Of a DNA stretch of 64,000 nt, positions 36,342-48,200 are shown one piece after another; within the stretch, counting starts at the first letter, position 1; every line of letters begins with the position of its first letter. A program made the position numbers and the translations under genes. The notes under the pieces are model-generated. The model was given only the letters and a program-made list of their open reading frames with translations. It was not told the origin of the DNA and did no database searches. Origin of the DNA: Octopus bimaculoides (Eukaryota); the NCBI RefSeq assembly GCF_001194135.2, contig NC_068982.1, forward strand, positions 74,115,230 through 74,179,229, read 5' to 3'.

Positions 36342-36691
36342 ATGTGCACATGTATATAATGTGTGTGTGTATATATGTGTATATATGTGCATATATATGT
36401 GTATATATATCTATATTTGTGTTTATATATATCTGTGTATATATGTGTGTACATGTGTATATATATGTGTGTATATATGTGTATATATGTGTATGTATAT
36501 ATATATCTATATATATAACTTTGTGTCTGTGTTTGTCCCTGTAACTTAGCAATTTGGCAAAAGTGACCAATAGAATAAGTACTAGACTTACAAAAAGTAA
36601 GTCTTTGGGTCAATTTGTGCGACTAAAGGCAGTACTCCAGCATGACCACAGTCAAATGACTGAAACAAGTAAAAGAATATATATGTATATT

Positions 36692-36744
<53 letters not shown>

Positions 36745-36747
36745 ATG

Positions 36748-36808
<61 letters not shown>

Positions 36809-38312
36809 CACATACATATGCTGTATGTTGCTTCTGAAGATCATGAGCTACAATTACTGTTGATTATCATTTCTCCTGTCAATAAATCTTCCACTGGATT
36901 TGTTCCTTTGAAGACATGTCAAATTACAGATTCCTAATTTTGAAAAGCAAATAAAGATTCGGAACAGGACGGGCATCTGGCTGTAAAACAGTGCCCCAGT
37001 AGCATATTTCTCTAACCCATGTTAGCATGGAAAAGTGGATGTAAAAACGAAACGATGTCTATGTCTGTGGATGTGTGTGCATGCATGTGTGTGTATAAAG
37101 CATCTTTTTAAGACTCTGTCTCTCGTACTCCCTTCCCTCATCATTTCTATTAGTTTCTACCATTGTTGTGTGTTTGCATGATTTGTTTATACATATACTG
37201 TCAACAGAGTACACTCTCTGTGTTTGGACACACAGTTTGCAACATACTTCATAAGTAGGCAGTCTGCATCCAGCTGGTGCTGTTGTTACACTTTATATTC
37301 AGTACACCTGGAGTTGCAGCAGAAGTTGATTGCCATGCACACTGGTGCATGCCGTCATTAAGTTCTTTAGTAGAACAGTGCAGTGCTGTGAGAATGAGAT
37401 AAGATTGTGTTCTATATAGAGGGGGAGAAAAGGAGGGAAAATAAGTAGAGGTGGAGCAAGTGTGAATGAGAGGTTAGAAGGTTATTATCGTTAAAGTGCG
37501 ATACTGTGATATAGCCAAAAAAAAATAATAATAATAATAGCTGTAATTAATTTGAATAAATAATGTTGAGCAAAATATATTTTAGTAAACACACAATATA
37601 CACATACATTCGTTCTCTCTTTCATTTTCTCAACCCCTTCTGCTTTGAGGTACAAGCAAAAGCAATTGAAAAGGCACAGAACAATTTGAGATGTTAGAGT
37701 AGGGCTGAGCTGTAGTGGAGGATGATGATTGAACAGTATGATTCAGTGTTTTACTACTGCTTCCCTTCCCAATATTTGCTGTTTAATGTTTTACTATTTG
37801 GCAATTTAACTAAAGAGAATTGCTGAAGGAAGGTTTTAATTTAGATCACTGTAATCCTTTTGCTGCCATATTTCTTTTGAAATATACTGCTTTCGTTGTA
37901 ATTAGTTTTGAAAATGCTAAAGAATTTAGTAAAATAGCATTGTCATTATTAAGCTGATATTTGAATATAATTATTTTAAATAATATTTTTAGTAAATACA
38001 GAAATAAAATTATCATGGAATTTTGGTGGAAGGTTTTAATTTAAATAATTTTATAACTTGGAGTTTGTATCATAGAATCAGTGGATGGTCTGAGGCAGAA
38101 TAATTATAGTTAAGGTGTATACTTGAGGTCTTGTCACTTGCTAGAGTATGTCCACAATACAAAGCCAGATTTATTTGTTCCCTGACTACAGAGTATAACA
38201 TGACCCATCTGCAATCTGCCTGTCTGAGACACCTCATACTATTCTGTTTTAAACCTTAATGACAAATAATGGTTCTTTTCTTGTGTTTATAAAAGTCTAT
38301 TTTCAAACAGTC

Positions 38313-38345
<33 letters not shown>

Positions 38346-41300
38346 CTTTCTCTCTATCTCTCTCTCTCTCTCTCTCTCAGTTTTTCATATTCCTTTTCTC
38401 TCACTTATTGTCAATAATAACTTTTTATGGTAACTTTCCAATAGCATCATGCACATACAAATTCTCTTTCTCTCTCTTACACACATTTCCCCTCTCTCTC
38501 ACTTTTTTTTCTCTTCTTAACTTAATTTATTTTCTGATGGCTGTGTTTGATTTTTATTTCTTAGCTTCACTTATTGCTGCATTGATTGATTTTTAATGAC
38601 CTAAAAGTAGGAAAGACAACACCTTTTATATATTCTGTTGCCGAGTGTATGAGACTGATGGAAAGGAGAAAGCAACTTCATCTTGGACATCTGCTGCAAA
38701 TGCTTTCAGCCAGGTGGCCTTCACTAAGGACACCCAACAGCCAAGTGATGGTGTTAAGGCAATAAATTGAATTAAGGAATTATATGTATGGGTTGTTACT
38801 GTTGAAGTTGATGACTTTAGTTCTGCTGGTGTCAGCTGTGTCCTTATTAATTAGAGTCAGTCACCTTCACTGAATCCACTGGGCAGTTTAACTTGATTTT
38901 TAATTCTTTTTCTGCAACCCCATTCCTTCCTGGTTTGTTTGTTTGTTTGTTTTGTTGGATTTCTATGCGGTTCGTAGATGCCTTGTAATGTTTATTTTCT
39001 CTGAGAAATCTGTTACCATTTCTGGTGGGATGGAAAAAAGACCACTATTGTTTGATGATGATGGTATATTGGTATCTGGAATCCTTTTGTTTATGTCATT
39101 TCTGCCAATCAATGCTTCTGCAATGTTCTGCTTTGTTTGAGAGGCAAGGTTGTTTGGTATAAATTAACCCTTTAGCATTCAGATTACTCTGTCTTATTTA
39201 TTCATATTGTTTTGAATTAATTATGCAATATCTTGTAGCTTTGAGATTTCGATGATGTGATTGTTTATTTTTAGAATGACATTGTAGGGCAGGTGTGAGA
39301 GTTAGGATTTTCCCAATTTGAACATAAAACAGGTAGAATATTTGGGCCAGGTATGGCCGGAGGCTTTGTTGTTGTCCACAGTCAGACAGGACTGTTAACA
39401 TCTCTCGTCACTTGTAATAAATATCTTCATGTTTTGGCATTTAAAACAAACAACTTGTTCGTATCCTTGGTTGTAGGGGGAAAAACTTGGAAAGAATCAA
39501 CAGATATTCCTGCTAGGAACATGAAACAAGTGACCCAGTCTTGGAAAGCATCTTTCATCTTCATTATTTGAAAATATACCATCATTGTTTCTGAGCCCTA
39601 CTTTAAGGACATAGACATAGCAAGTTGTCCAGTAATTAATAATAAAAAAACTGTCTTTCTGACATAGTGGTCAACTATGTGTATCTGCGTGTACACACAC
39701 ACACACACACACACACACTAGCCTGTTTCTAACCATGGAGCGGAGCCAAGCCAAGCATGAAATGTCCAGTTCCAGATGTCCATTAGATGGTACTGGTGCA
39801 TCCACTTGGCTATGATGTTCTTGTATCAGATGAATTATTCATTGTTTTATGGTTATATTTGGTACCCTTCATTGGGAATCATTTTGTGTGCTGTTGTTGG
39901 TTCTGATATGGTTGGGTATTGTTTATAGCATTGGTATGGTTTTGTTATCAATGTTTATTATTATTATTAAGATTGCAAGCTGGCAAAATCATTAGCATGG
40001 TGAACAGAATGCTTAGCAGCATTTTTCCCTTCTCTTTATGTTCAGAGGTCAACTTTACTTTTCATCCTTATATGTTTGATAAATTAAGTACCAATCGGGT
40101 ATTGGGGTGGGGTGGGGTGGGGGGTTTAATGTAATCAACTTCCTCCTCCCCTGGAAATTGCTGGCCTTGTGCTTATAGTAATATTATTTATGAAGATAGG
40201 AGGATAATGCTGTGCATTCTTTCTTGCAAAAAAAAAAAAAAGCAAACAAAAAGATATTTAGAAGAAAGAAAGGGTGAGTGTGTATCTATGTCAAATAAAT
40301 GGTAAGTGAACTTATCTGTGATAACTGTTAACACTAAAGTTTCTCTGTCTCTCCTTTCTCCTCCTCTCTCACTTGCTTACACAAGTGCTGTAACTCCCTC
40401 CCTCCACTTAACCAGACTTTTTGGGGGTCTTTTCTGTTGCAGTCACAGTTTTTGAAAGTATTATATTTAGTGAAAATTTTCAAATTTGGTATATTGATGT
40501 GATTTTTCATGTTGAGTCTCATTTTCATATTCACTTATTCCAGAGAACTTCTAGAAAGGTTTAAAACCAGATTTGGAAGCTGGTATTTTCTGTGTGATAA
40601 GTCTTCTATCACAAAAAGAAAGCAAAACATTACAACAACAAAAGTTGTAAGAAGTTTTTAGGTTTTAATAAAGTCATGTGAAACAGCTGAACGAACATGT
40701 AAATGATTTAAAAATGAAAAAAATTCTCCATGAAATTTTTTTGTGAAATATTTCAAAACAAACTACTTTAGGGTTGGGGTTTAGGGTTAGGATTAGAGTT
40801 GTGGTCTAGGTTAAAGGCTTAAGGTTAGGATGTAGGGGTATTAGTTAATTTTAAATCTAATGAAGAATTTAGTAAAAAGAAAATGTCATTATTAAGCTGT
40901 TTGTAATATAAATTAACAGTGTTCATGGAAGATTTTAATGTAGATTACTTTAACCCTTTTGTTACCATATTTCTGTGGAAATATATTGCTTTTGTTTTAA
41001 TTAATTTGGAAAATAATGAATTTAATAAAATAACTGTCATTATTAATCCATTATGAGAAACAAATCAACATGAAATTTTGATGGAGGATTTTTTTAGTTT
41101 AGATTATTCCAAAACAAATTTGTATTACAGAACCAGGGGCAGCCTCAGGTGGGTTGAAAAACTTAACCTCCATCCCTGCAACCCCCCCCCCTTGCCCCTA
41201 TTTATTCTTCTCTCTCTCTTTGTCTTTTAGATTTTATTTTTCATTGTTCCTCTTACATACATGTATGTCTGTGTACACTTCAATTGTGCCCTCTTTCCAT

Positions 41301-42103
41301 ATGTGCATGTCCACACTGTTCATATGGTGGCTCAAGAAGAAAGTGTGCATGTTTGAGGTTAACTATATGTAATTATTATTTACTATTTGGGGAGTGGTGA
41401 GGTTTGAGAACGTATGGAATATGAGAGAGAGTCAAGAGACTGAGCTTTTGTTTTTCTCCTTACATATTGCAGTTGTGTATGTATGTATGTCTGTATGTGT
41501 GTGTTTGGATGTTTTAATTAATGTTACTCCACACACATACAACTTCTACCACATATTTACAGATTTTTTGCATTGTTTGCTTATTGTTTTTTTTTTGTTT
41601 GTTTTTGTCTCTTGTATCTGTTGATCCTCAATCATCATAACAACCCCAACAAAAGAACAAAAATAACACCACAATCACTATATCTCTTTTTACCTAATTT
41701 GATGACATTGCCTTTCCCTTTTTTCTTGCTTATATTTCATTTTTTCTTTTCTTATTTAAAAAAAAAAAATCGAGTCCCCTCCTCTTTCTCTAAATATAGG
41801 AAAATATAATTTACATGCAGGAGGTGTACCTCTCCCTTAGTTTCCTTCATTGTAAAAATATTTTTTCTTCCCTCTTCCATTCTGTTTTCATCATCTTCTC
41901 TCTCCTTTGCTTTCAATTTCTTCCTCTTTTGTACATACTCTCTTTAATCACCCCCAGCCCACCATTTCTCTCTTGCACACAATTTCTCTCTAACCAACTT
42001 TCTCTTCCTTTCACATTGTATGAAGTGTGAAAGGGAGAGAACTCAGTCCTTTTTTTTTTCACCTACCTTTCTTTCTACCTAGCTCATCTCTCTCTCTCTT
42101 TGT

Positions 42104-42138
<35 letters not shown>

Positions 42139-42843
42139 CCGTATAAGCGGGGACTGCCAGTAACTTCAATAACAAAAACAACAAACGAAAGAAAACATTA
42201 AATTTTTTTTTTTTTTAAATAAAGATAAAACCGTTACTCTGCTGCTGTCCACGACATTCTGTGTCGCAGGTGTCGCCTTTAAAACTGTCGACCATCACTA
42301 CCACCACCACTACTACCACCACTACCACCACCACCACCACCATCTGCAACAGCTGTTGTTGCAGCGGTGGAACATTTGTAAATAATCATCACTTTTATGT
42401 GCCACAGACCACAAGAAACTCGTTTTTTTAAAAATAGTTAATAAACCAAATTGTCACTGTTACAAATGTGTGTTGATGTGTTTCTTTCACTGGTTATCTG
42501 TTTGTGAACTATTGCATCTATGTTATGGGGTGGAGGGAGCGTCTGACGTTCCTGTCATATTTGACTTTAGCCATTCCAATGCTTTACTAGTAAAAGGTAA
42601 GGAAGAAATGGGACAAAACTTGAACTGTAGATAAAGTTATAAATAATGATGCTTAGAATGTTGGGTAATGAAAAAAAAAACGTTGATAACTGCTCGAGGG
42701 ACTCGAATCCTCATCGTTTGCGAACACTTTATACGTGCTAAAAAGTTCATGAAAACAACTCTTCAAATGGTCTCACTCCATTTTGGATGCTCTGTTTACA
42801 TTATAAAGACTTAGACACTTAGAGAGAATTAAAATAATTCTAC

Positions 42844-43041
42844 GTGGAACTCGAAGTAGATAAAAGTATAAATTATAGTGTGTGGAATATTGGGGTTAAA
42901 GCCCCTTTGAATGGGCTGCCCATCTGTCATGTGCTTGGTGTCCCACGAGTAGCCTTCAACTTTTTTAAATCCAAAGTTTTTTTTGCTAAACTCAGTATTC
43001 TGCATGTTATTATTCATAGCTTTATCTACTTCGAATTTCAC
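42844..43041. mobile_element. MITE-like element with ~54-bp imperfect terminal inverted repeats
   Basis: gtggaactcgaagtagataaa... versus ...tttatctacttcgaatttcac. Confidence 0.6.
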
Positions 43042-45570
43042 CGGAAAAAAAAAAGACTTCCGTTTCTCTTGAATGTTTTAAATTCTTATAATGTAATGAT
43101 CTTACATTTATATCCTATGGTTTTTTTTTCTTTTTAATTTATAGCTTTTTCTTCGAGTCGGACGTTAAAAGCAATTTCATATTTAATAGTTTCCATATTT
43201 ACTTTTACCGATTATATTCTGTTTCCGTCGCTAGATAGCTTTGATAAATGAAAGTCACCGAATCAGTTTTTTTTTTTAATAAAATCTGCCTTTTTTAAAT
43301 AATATATTTTTCTGCAAAAAAGAAAATCACTAAATGTTGAAGTTACTTCCCTTCATTCCGATGGTTTAAGGGTAGACAACTCTTGAAATCTTCATTGCAG
43401 TTCTTATTTTGTATGTAACATACTAAATATTTGTTAGTGTCTCCTTGACTCGCAATGATGAAAGATTCATTTAAAGTTAAGTCAAGTGAAGATAGGACAG
43501 TTTGGGGAAGTATTATGATTATAGAAAGTCTCATTCCACCTTCTTGAATATAAATGAAGTTATTGGCCGTCGCCTTTTGGATAGAAGGAAGATGAAGGTA
43601 AGTATGGGGCTTTCTGCAAACATGAGAATAAGTTATGATTCAATGATTCTGCACCATTTGTTCACAATATCCAGAAATCTTGTAATATAAAACAGTCAAT
43701 TAGTTCGGGAAGATAACATTTTACTAATACTTATCTCAGCTTACTGGTCATTGAAAAAGACATCGTCTGCTGGTTAATTTATCTCGAATTAGTTATTATT
43801 TACTCAGTTAAATGTAGCTTTTATGCTTATAAATAAGATATTATAAAATTTTATGCCATCTGAATCCTGGCTTTAGCCCCCCCCCCATATAACCTGTCAT
43901 AACTTTTATTTTTAGGAAATTTTTGCGAACTTGTGATCTACACACAGGAATTAATATGATTATGAAAAAACAATGGATTTTGTGTTTGTGTGNNNNNNNN
44001 NNNNNNNNNNNNNNNNNNNNNNNNNNNNNNNNNNNNNNNNNNNNNNNNNNNNNNNNNNNNNNNNNNNNNNNNNNNNNNNNNNNNNNNNNNNNNNNNNNNN
44101 NNNNNNNNNNNNNNNNNNNNNNNNNNNNNNNNNNNNNNNNNNNNNNNNNNNNNNNNNNNNNNNNNNNNNNNNNNNNNNNNNNNNNNNNNNNNNNNNNNNN
44201 NNNNNNNNNNNNNNNNNNNNNNNNNNNNNNNNNNNNNNNNNNNNNNNNNNNNNNNNNNNNNNNNNNNNNNNNNNNNNNNNNNNNNNNNNNNNNNNNNNNN
44301 NNNNNNNNNNNNNNNNNNNNNNNNNNNNNNNNNNNNNNNNNNNNNNNNNNNNNNNNNNNNNNNNNNNNNNNNNNNNNNNNNNNNNNNNNNNNNNNNNNNN
44401 NNNNNNNNNNNNNNNNNNNNNNNNNNNNNNNNNNNNNNNNNNNNNNNNNNNNNNNNNNNNNNNNNNNNNNNNNNNNNNNNNNNNNNNNNNNNNNNNNNNN
44501 NNNNNNNNNNNNNNNNNNNNNNNNNNNNNNNNNNNNNNNNNNNNNNNNNNNNNNNNNNNNNNNNNNNNNNNNNNNNNNNNNNNNNNNNNNNNNNNNNNNN
44601 NNNNNNNNNNNNNNNNNNNNNNNNNNNNNNNNNNNNNNNNNNNNNNNNNNNNNNNNNNNNNNNNNNNNNNNNNNNNNNNNNNNNNNNNNNNNNNNNNNNN
44701 NNNNNNNNNNNNNNNNNNNNNNNNNNNNNNNNNNNNNNNNNNNNNNNNNNNNNNNNNNNNNNNNNNNNNNNNNNNNNNNNNNNNNNNNNNNNNNNNNNNN
44801 NNNNNNNNNNNNNNNNNNNNNNNNNNNNNNNNNNNNNNNNNNTGTTTTCACCTTTTCGATATCAGTGAAGAATTTCACTGGAAAAGTAGATATAAGATTG
44901 CCAGGTTTTTGTCTCTCTCGCCAAGGTCAGCAGCTATCGAACGCCGAAGAAGGGAAATAACCCTGAAATCCGGATCCGTTCGTGCTGCAGATCGTGGTGA
45001 GAGGGATAACTTCCCTTGGCAAACAGGACACAGTCGTGTGTCGATAAGCCAGCTGGAGGAGATGTCCTCCTGGGGCTAAAAGCAACAGTAACATCCACCC
45101 CTAGGGGTCAGCCACACTTAAGTGGCAATATACTACACTTTATCGTGCAGTTACTGTTAATACTTCATTTAGAGAATTAACATTGCTTAATACATATAAT
45201 AGATAATAAAATGGGAAAAGACTGAGTATTTTGTTGTCTACAATTATCTCCCTTGACAGTCTGATTTTTTCCCCCCTCCGTTTATCTTTGTAGGGTCTTC
45301 AAAATAAACTACCCGTCAAATATTGGAGTCTCAATTTCTATTTATACCGTGGGGTGGCAAAAAATCTCCAAAATCGATCATCCTCGATAAATGCAGGCGT
45401 AGCTGTGTTGTGAAGACGCTCACATAGCGACCACATAGTCTTGATTTCAGTTCCACTGCATGGCACCTTAGTCAAGTGTCTTTTATTATAGCTTTGTGGG
45501 TGTGTAGCGATGCATGCATGCATACATGTATGTACACACACACACATATATATTCTTGGATGAATCTTGA

Positions 45571-45945
45571 AACATTAGTTTCAAGGTTCATCCAAGGCTG
45601 GGACCACGGACCATACGTCCTCTGCCCAATTCAGGATCACAACATATAGGTACACTAAGACATAATTTCTTTTCCTCATCAGGCCCTGTCCTGTTTAACA
45701 TTGTCCCAAAACGGATCAAAGAGGAAAAGGATCACATCACCTTTAAACGGAGTCTGGACAGATTTCTTCAAGGAATACCAGATAAGCCACCCATACCTGG
45801 ATACAACTCACTCAACAAGAACTCATTACTTGAATGGACCTTAAACAAAACTTGACTTAAAAAGGATTTAGATAATCCTATCAGGTGGTGCTATTAAGTT
45901 AAACATGGCCTGGACCAATCTTTGGTCGAAACATATCTAAGTTTA
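45571..45945 (+). mobile_element. 3' end of a CR1/L2-group-like LINE
   Basis: Stop-free frame 45571-45855: ...GPVLFNIVPKRIK...FKRSLDRFLQGIPDKP...GY...NSLLEW*, a typical non-LTR ORF2 C-terminus. Clade assignment tentative. Confidence 0.7.
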
Positions 45946-46816
45946 TATATGTGTGTGTGTGTGTGTGTATGTAATATGAGCAGGCGTGGCTTTGTGGTAA
46001 GAAGCGTGCTTCCCAACTACATGGTTGTGTGTTTAGTCTCACTGTGTGTTTGTGTGTTTACGTTCCCTTAACCTAGCTGGTCGGCAAAAGATACCGATAG
46101 AATAAGCACTGGGGTCGATTCATTCGACTAAAATTCTTGAAGGTGGTGTTCCAGCATGGCATAGCATCAGTCCAATTTCTGAAAGAATTAAAAAGAATAC
46201 AAAAGTTATTTGTAGCAATCTCTTCTATAAATGAATGAATGAATAAATAAATAAATATCAAAAAAAGCAAAGAGGATGATGAGAAATAATTCATTACCTA
46301 ACTTCCGGTCTGTTAGTTTCATATAATCTTCCGTCTTCGAATACATCTTGGCTAAATTCCATATGTCTGCTTTGCAAAAAGAACGATTAATTGGATAAAA
46401 TTATTGTGGTTTGCTGGTGTATTTGTGTTACAATGTCAGATATGCTACAAGTAATGTCTAGTTGAAAGACACTAAGATGTTTAGCGGTTATTTTGGTCTC
46501 TCTATTTGCAGTAAACAGCCTAATTCTGCAACCTTTCGAGTTATTCTGCTTAAATGTCAGCTTGTCTTTATCGTTCTTTTATACTAGTTTCAGTCATTTG
46601 ACTGCGGCCATACTGGGGTACCGCTTGATGGGTTTTTAGTCCCACAGATCATCCCATGTACTTATGCTTTTTTTAAAAGTCTAGTACTTTATCGCTCTCT
46701 TTTGCTGAACTGCTAGATTTACAGGGACATAACTCAACACCAGCTGTCAATTGGTGGAGGTAGGGTCAAACAAAAAACACAGACATTCCTCCACCACACA
46801 CACACGCACACGCACA

Positions 46817-46860
<44 letters not shown>

Positions 46861-47237
46861 GATGGATCCTTACGTCGTAGACGACTTGTGAGTGTTCAGT
46901 TTTTGCCGAACTATCCGCACAAATGATTTGTTTATAGTAATCAAATGTATGTGCTGTACACTAACTCCCTCCCTCCATCAAATCGACGTTGCCTGGACAG
47001 GTGTACAGTGTACCACGCGTCAGGTGTCGTTCATGATTTGATACAGCTGACTGAAAATTCTGTTTGATTTGGTAACAGCACTTTTGGAAGTGAACACACT
47101 CACTCGCGCGCGGGCGAGTGAGCTCAGTGGAAGGTAAATGTGACAAATCAAAAATACCCCTAATCATTTCCTAGACGTTTTCAACTGTTTTCTATTAAAT
47201 ATTACTATTATTCCGTTATATACAGCAGAAACAGCAT

Positions 47238-47784
47238 TGGAATGATATAGCCATCTGTGTATCTACTTAATGCAGAACGCGAAAAGGCATATTAATTGCA
47301 GTATTCGCCCGGAGATAACATCTCTTATGGGCATACTGTGTTAAAAACACAAATACCTCAGTAGCAGACGAAAATCATTCAGCAGCGCCGGTAATAATGC
47401 TAGATGCACATTTCTGCTTCGTTGGGCATTATCAATAACATGTACGCACTGTCAACTGCATGCTAAGACAAAATCCGTCGCTTGGTGGTTAATTGCAACA
47501 CCAGTGATTTTTTAATCACTGTATTCCTATATCTATAGTGATATATTTTGTTCTAGCAGGCGGTTGGCAGTAAATACATGCTACTGACAAAACCCAACGA
47601 AGCAGAAATGTACACCTAGCTTCCTCACCGTCGCTGCTGAACGATTTTCGTCTGCTGCTGGTATAGTGTTTTTAAACACAATACGTCCAAAAGCGATATT
47701 ATCTCCGCACGAATACCACAGTTAATATGCCTTTTCGCGATGTATTTGCATTAAGTATGGTAACAGATGACTGTTATCATCATT
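47238..47784. repeat. foldback element, ~235-bp imperfect inverted arms with a short spacer
   Basis: Arms align throughout, e.g. gcgaaaaggcatattaa / ttaatatgccttttcgc and catttctgcttcgttggg / cccaacgaagcagaaatg. Confidence 0.85.
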
Positions 47785-47786
47785 GT

Positions 47787-48200
47787 GGAGGCGCAATGGC
47801 CCAGTGGTTAGGGCAGCGGACTCGCGGTCATAGGATCGCGGTTTCGATTCCCAGACCGGGCGTTGTGAGTGTTTATTGAGCGAAAACACCTGAAACTCCA
47901 CGAGTCTCCGGCAGGGGATGGTGGCGAATCCTGCTGTACTCTTTCACCACAATTTTCTCTCACTCTTACTTCCTGTATCTGTTGTGCCTGTAATTCAAAG
48001 GGTCAGCCTTGTCACACTGTGTCACGCTGAATATCCCCGAGAAGTACGTTAAGGGTACACGTGTCTATGGAGTGCTCAGCCACTTGCACGTTAATTTCAA
48101 GAGCGGACTGTTCCGTTGATCGAATCAACTGGAACCCTCGACGTCGTAAGCGACGGAGTGCCAACAACAACAACAACAACAACAACAGCAACAACAGTGC
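47787..48200 (+). mobile_element. tRNA-derived SINE, head A + tail X with (AAC)n end; other copies 10069-10430 (-), 14965-15352 (-), 49427-49778 (+), 55547-55809 (-)
   Basis: A-box (tggcccagtggttagg) and B-box (ggtttcgattccc). TSDs: GTTATCATCATT (47773/48205), GTGACTGG (10062/10437), GACTAACACCCT (14953/15357). Confidence 0.9.

Noticed and set aside
40104-40124. (GGGGT)n G-quadruplex motif
   Set aside because: A simple-repeat expansion inside a SINE copy with no sign of function.
47787-47865. tRNA-like sequences, here and at other SINE heads
   Set aside because: A/B boxes continue into SINE bodies with TSDs; I could not support a complete cloverleaf gene.
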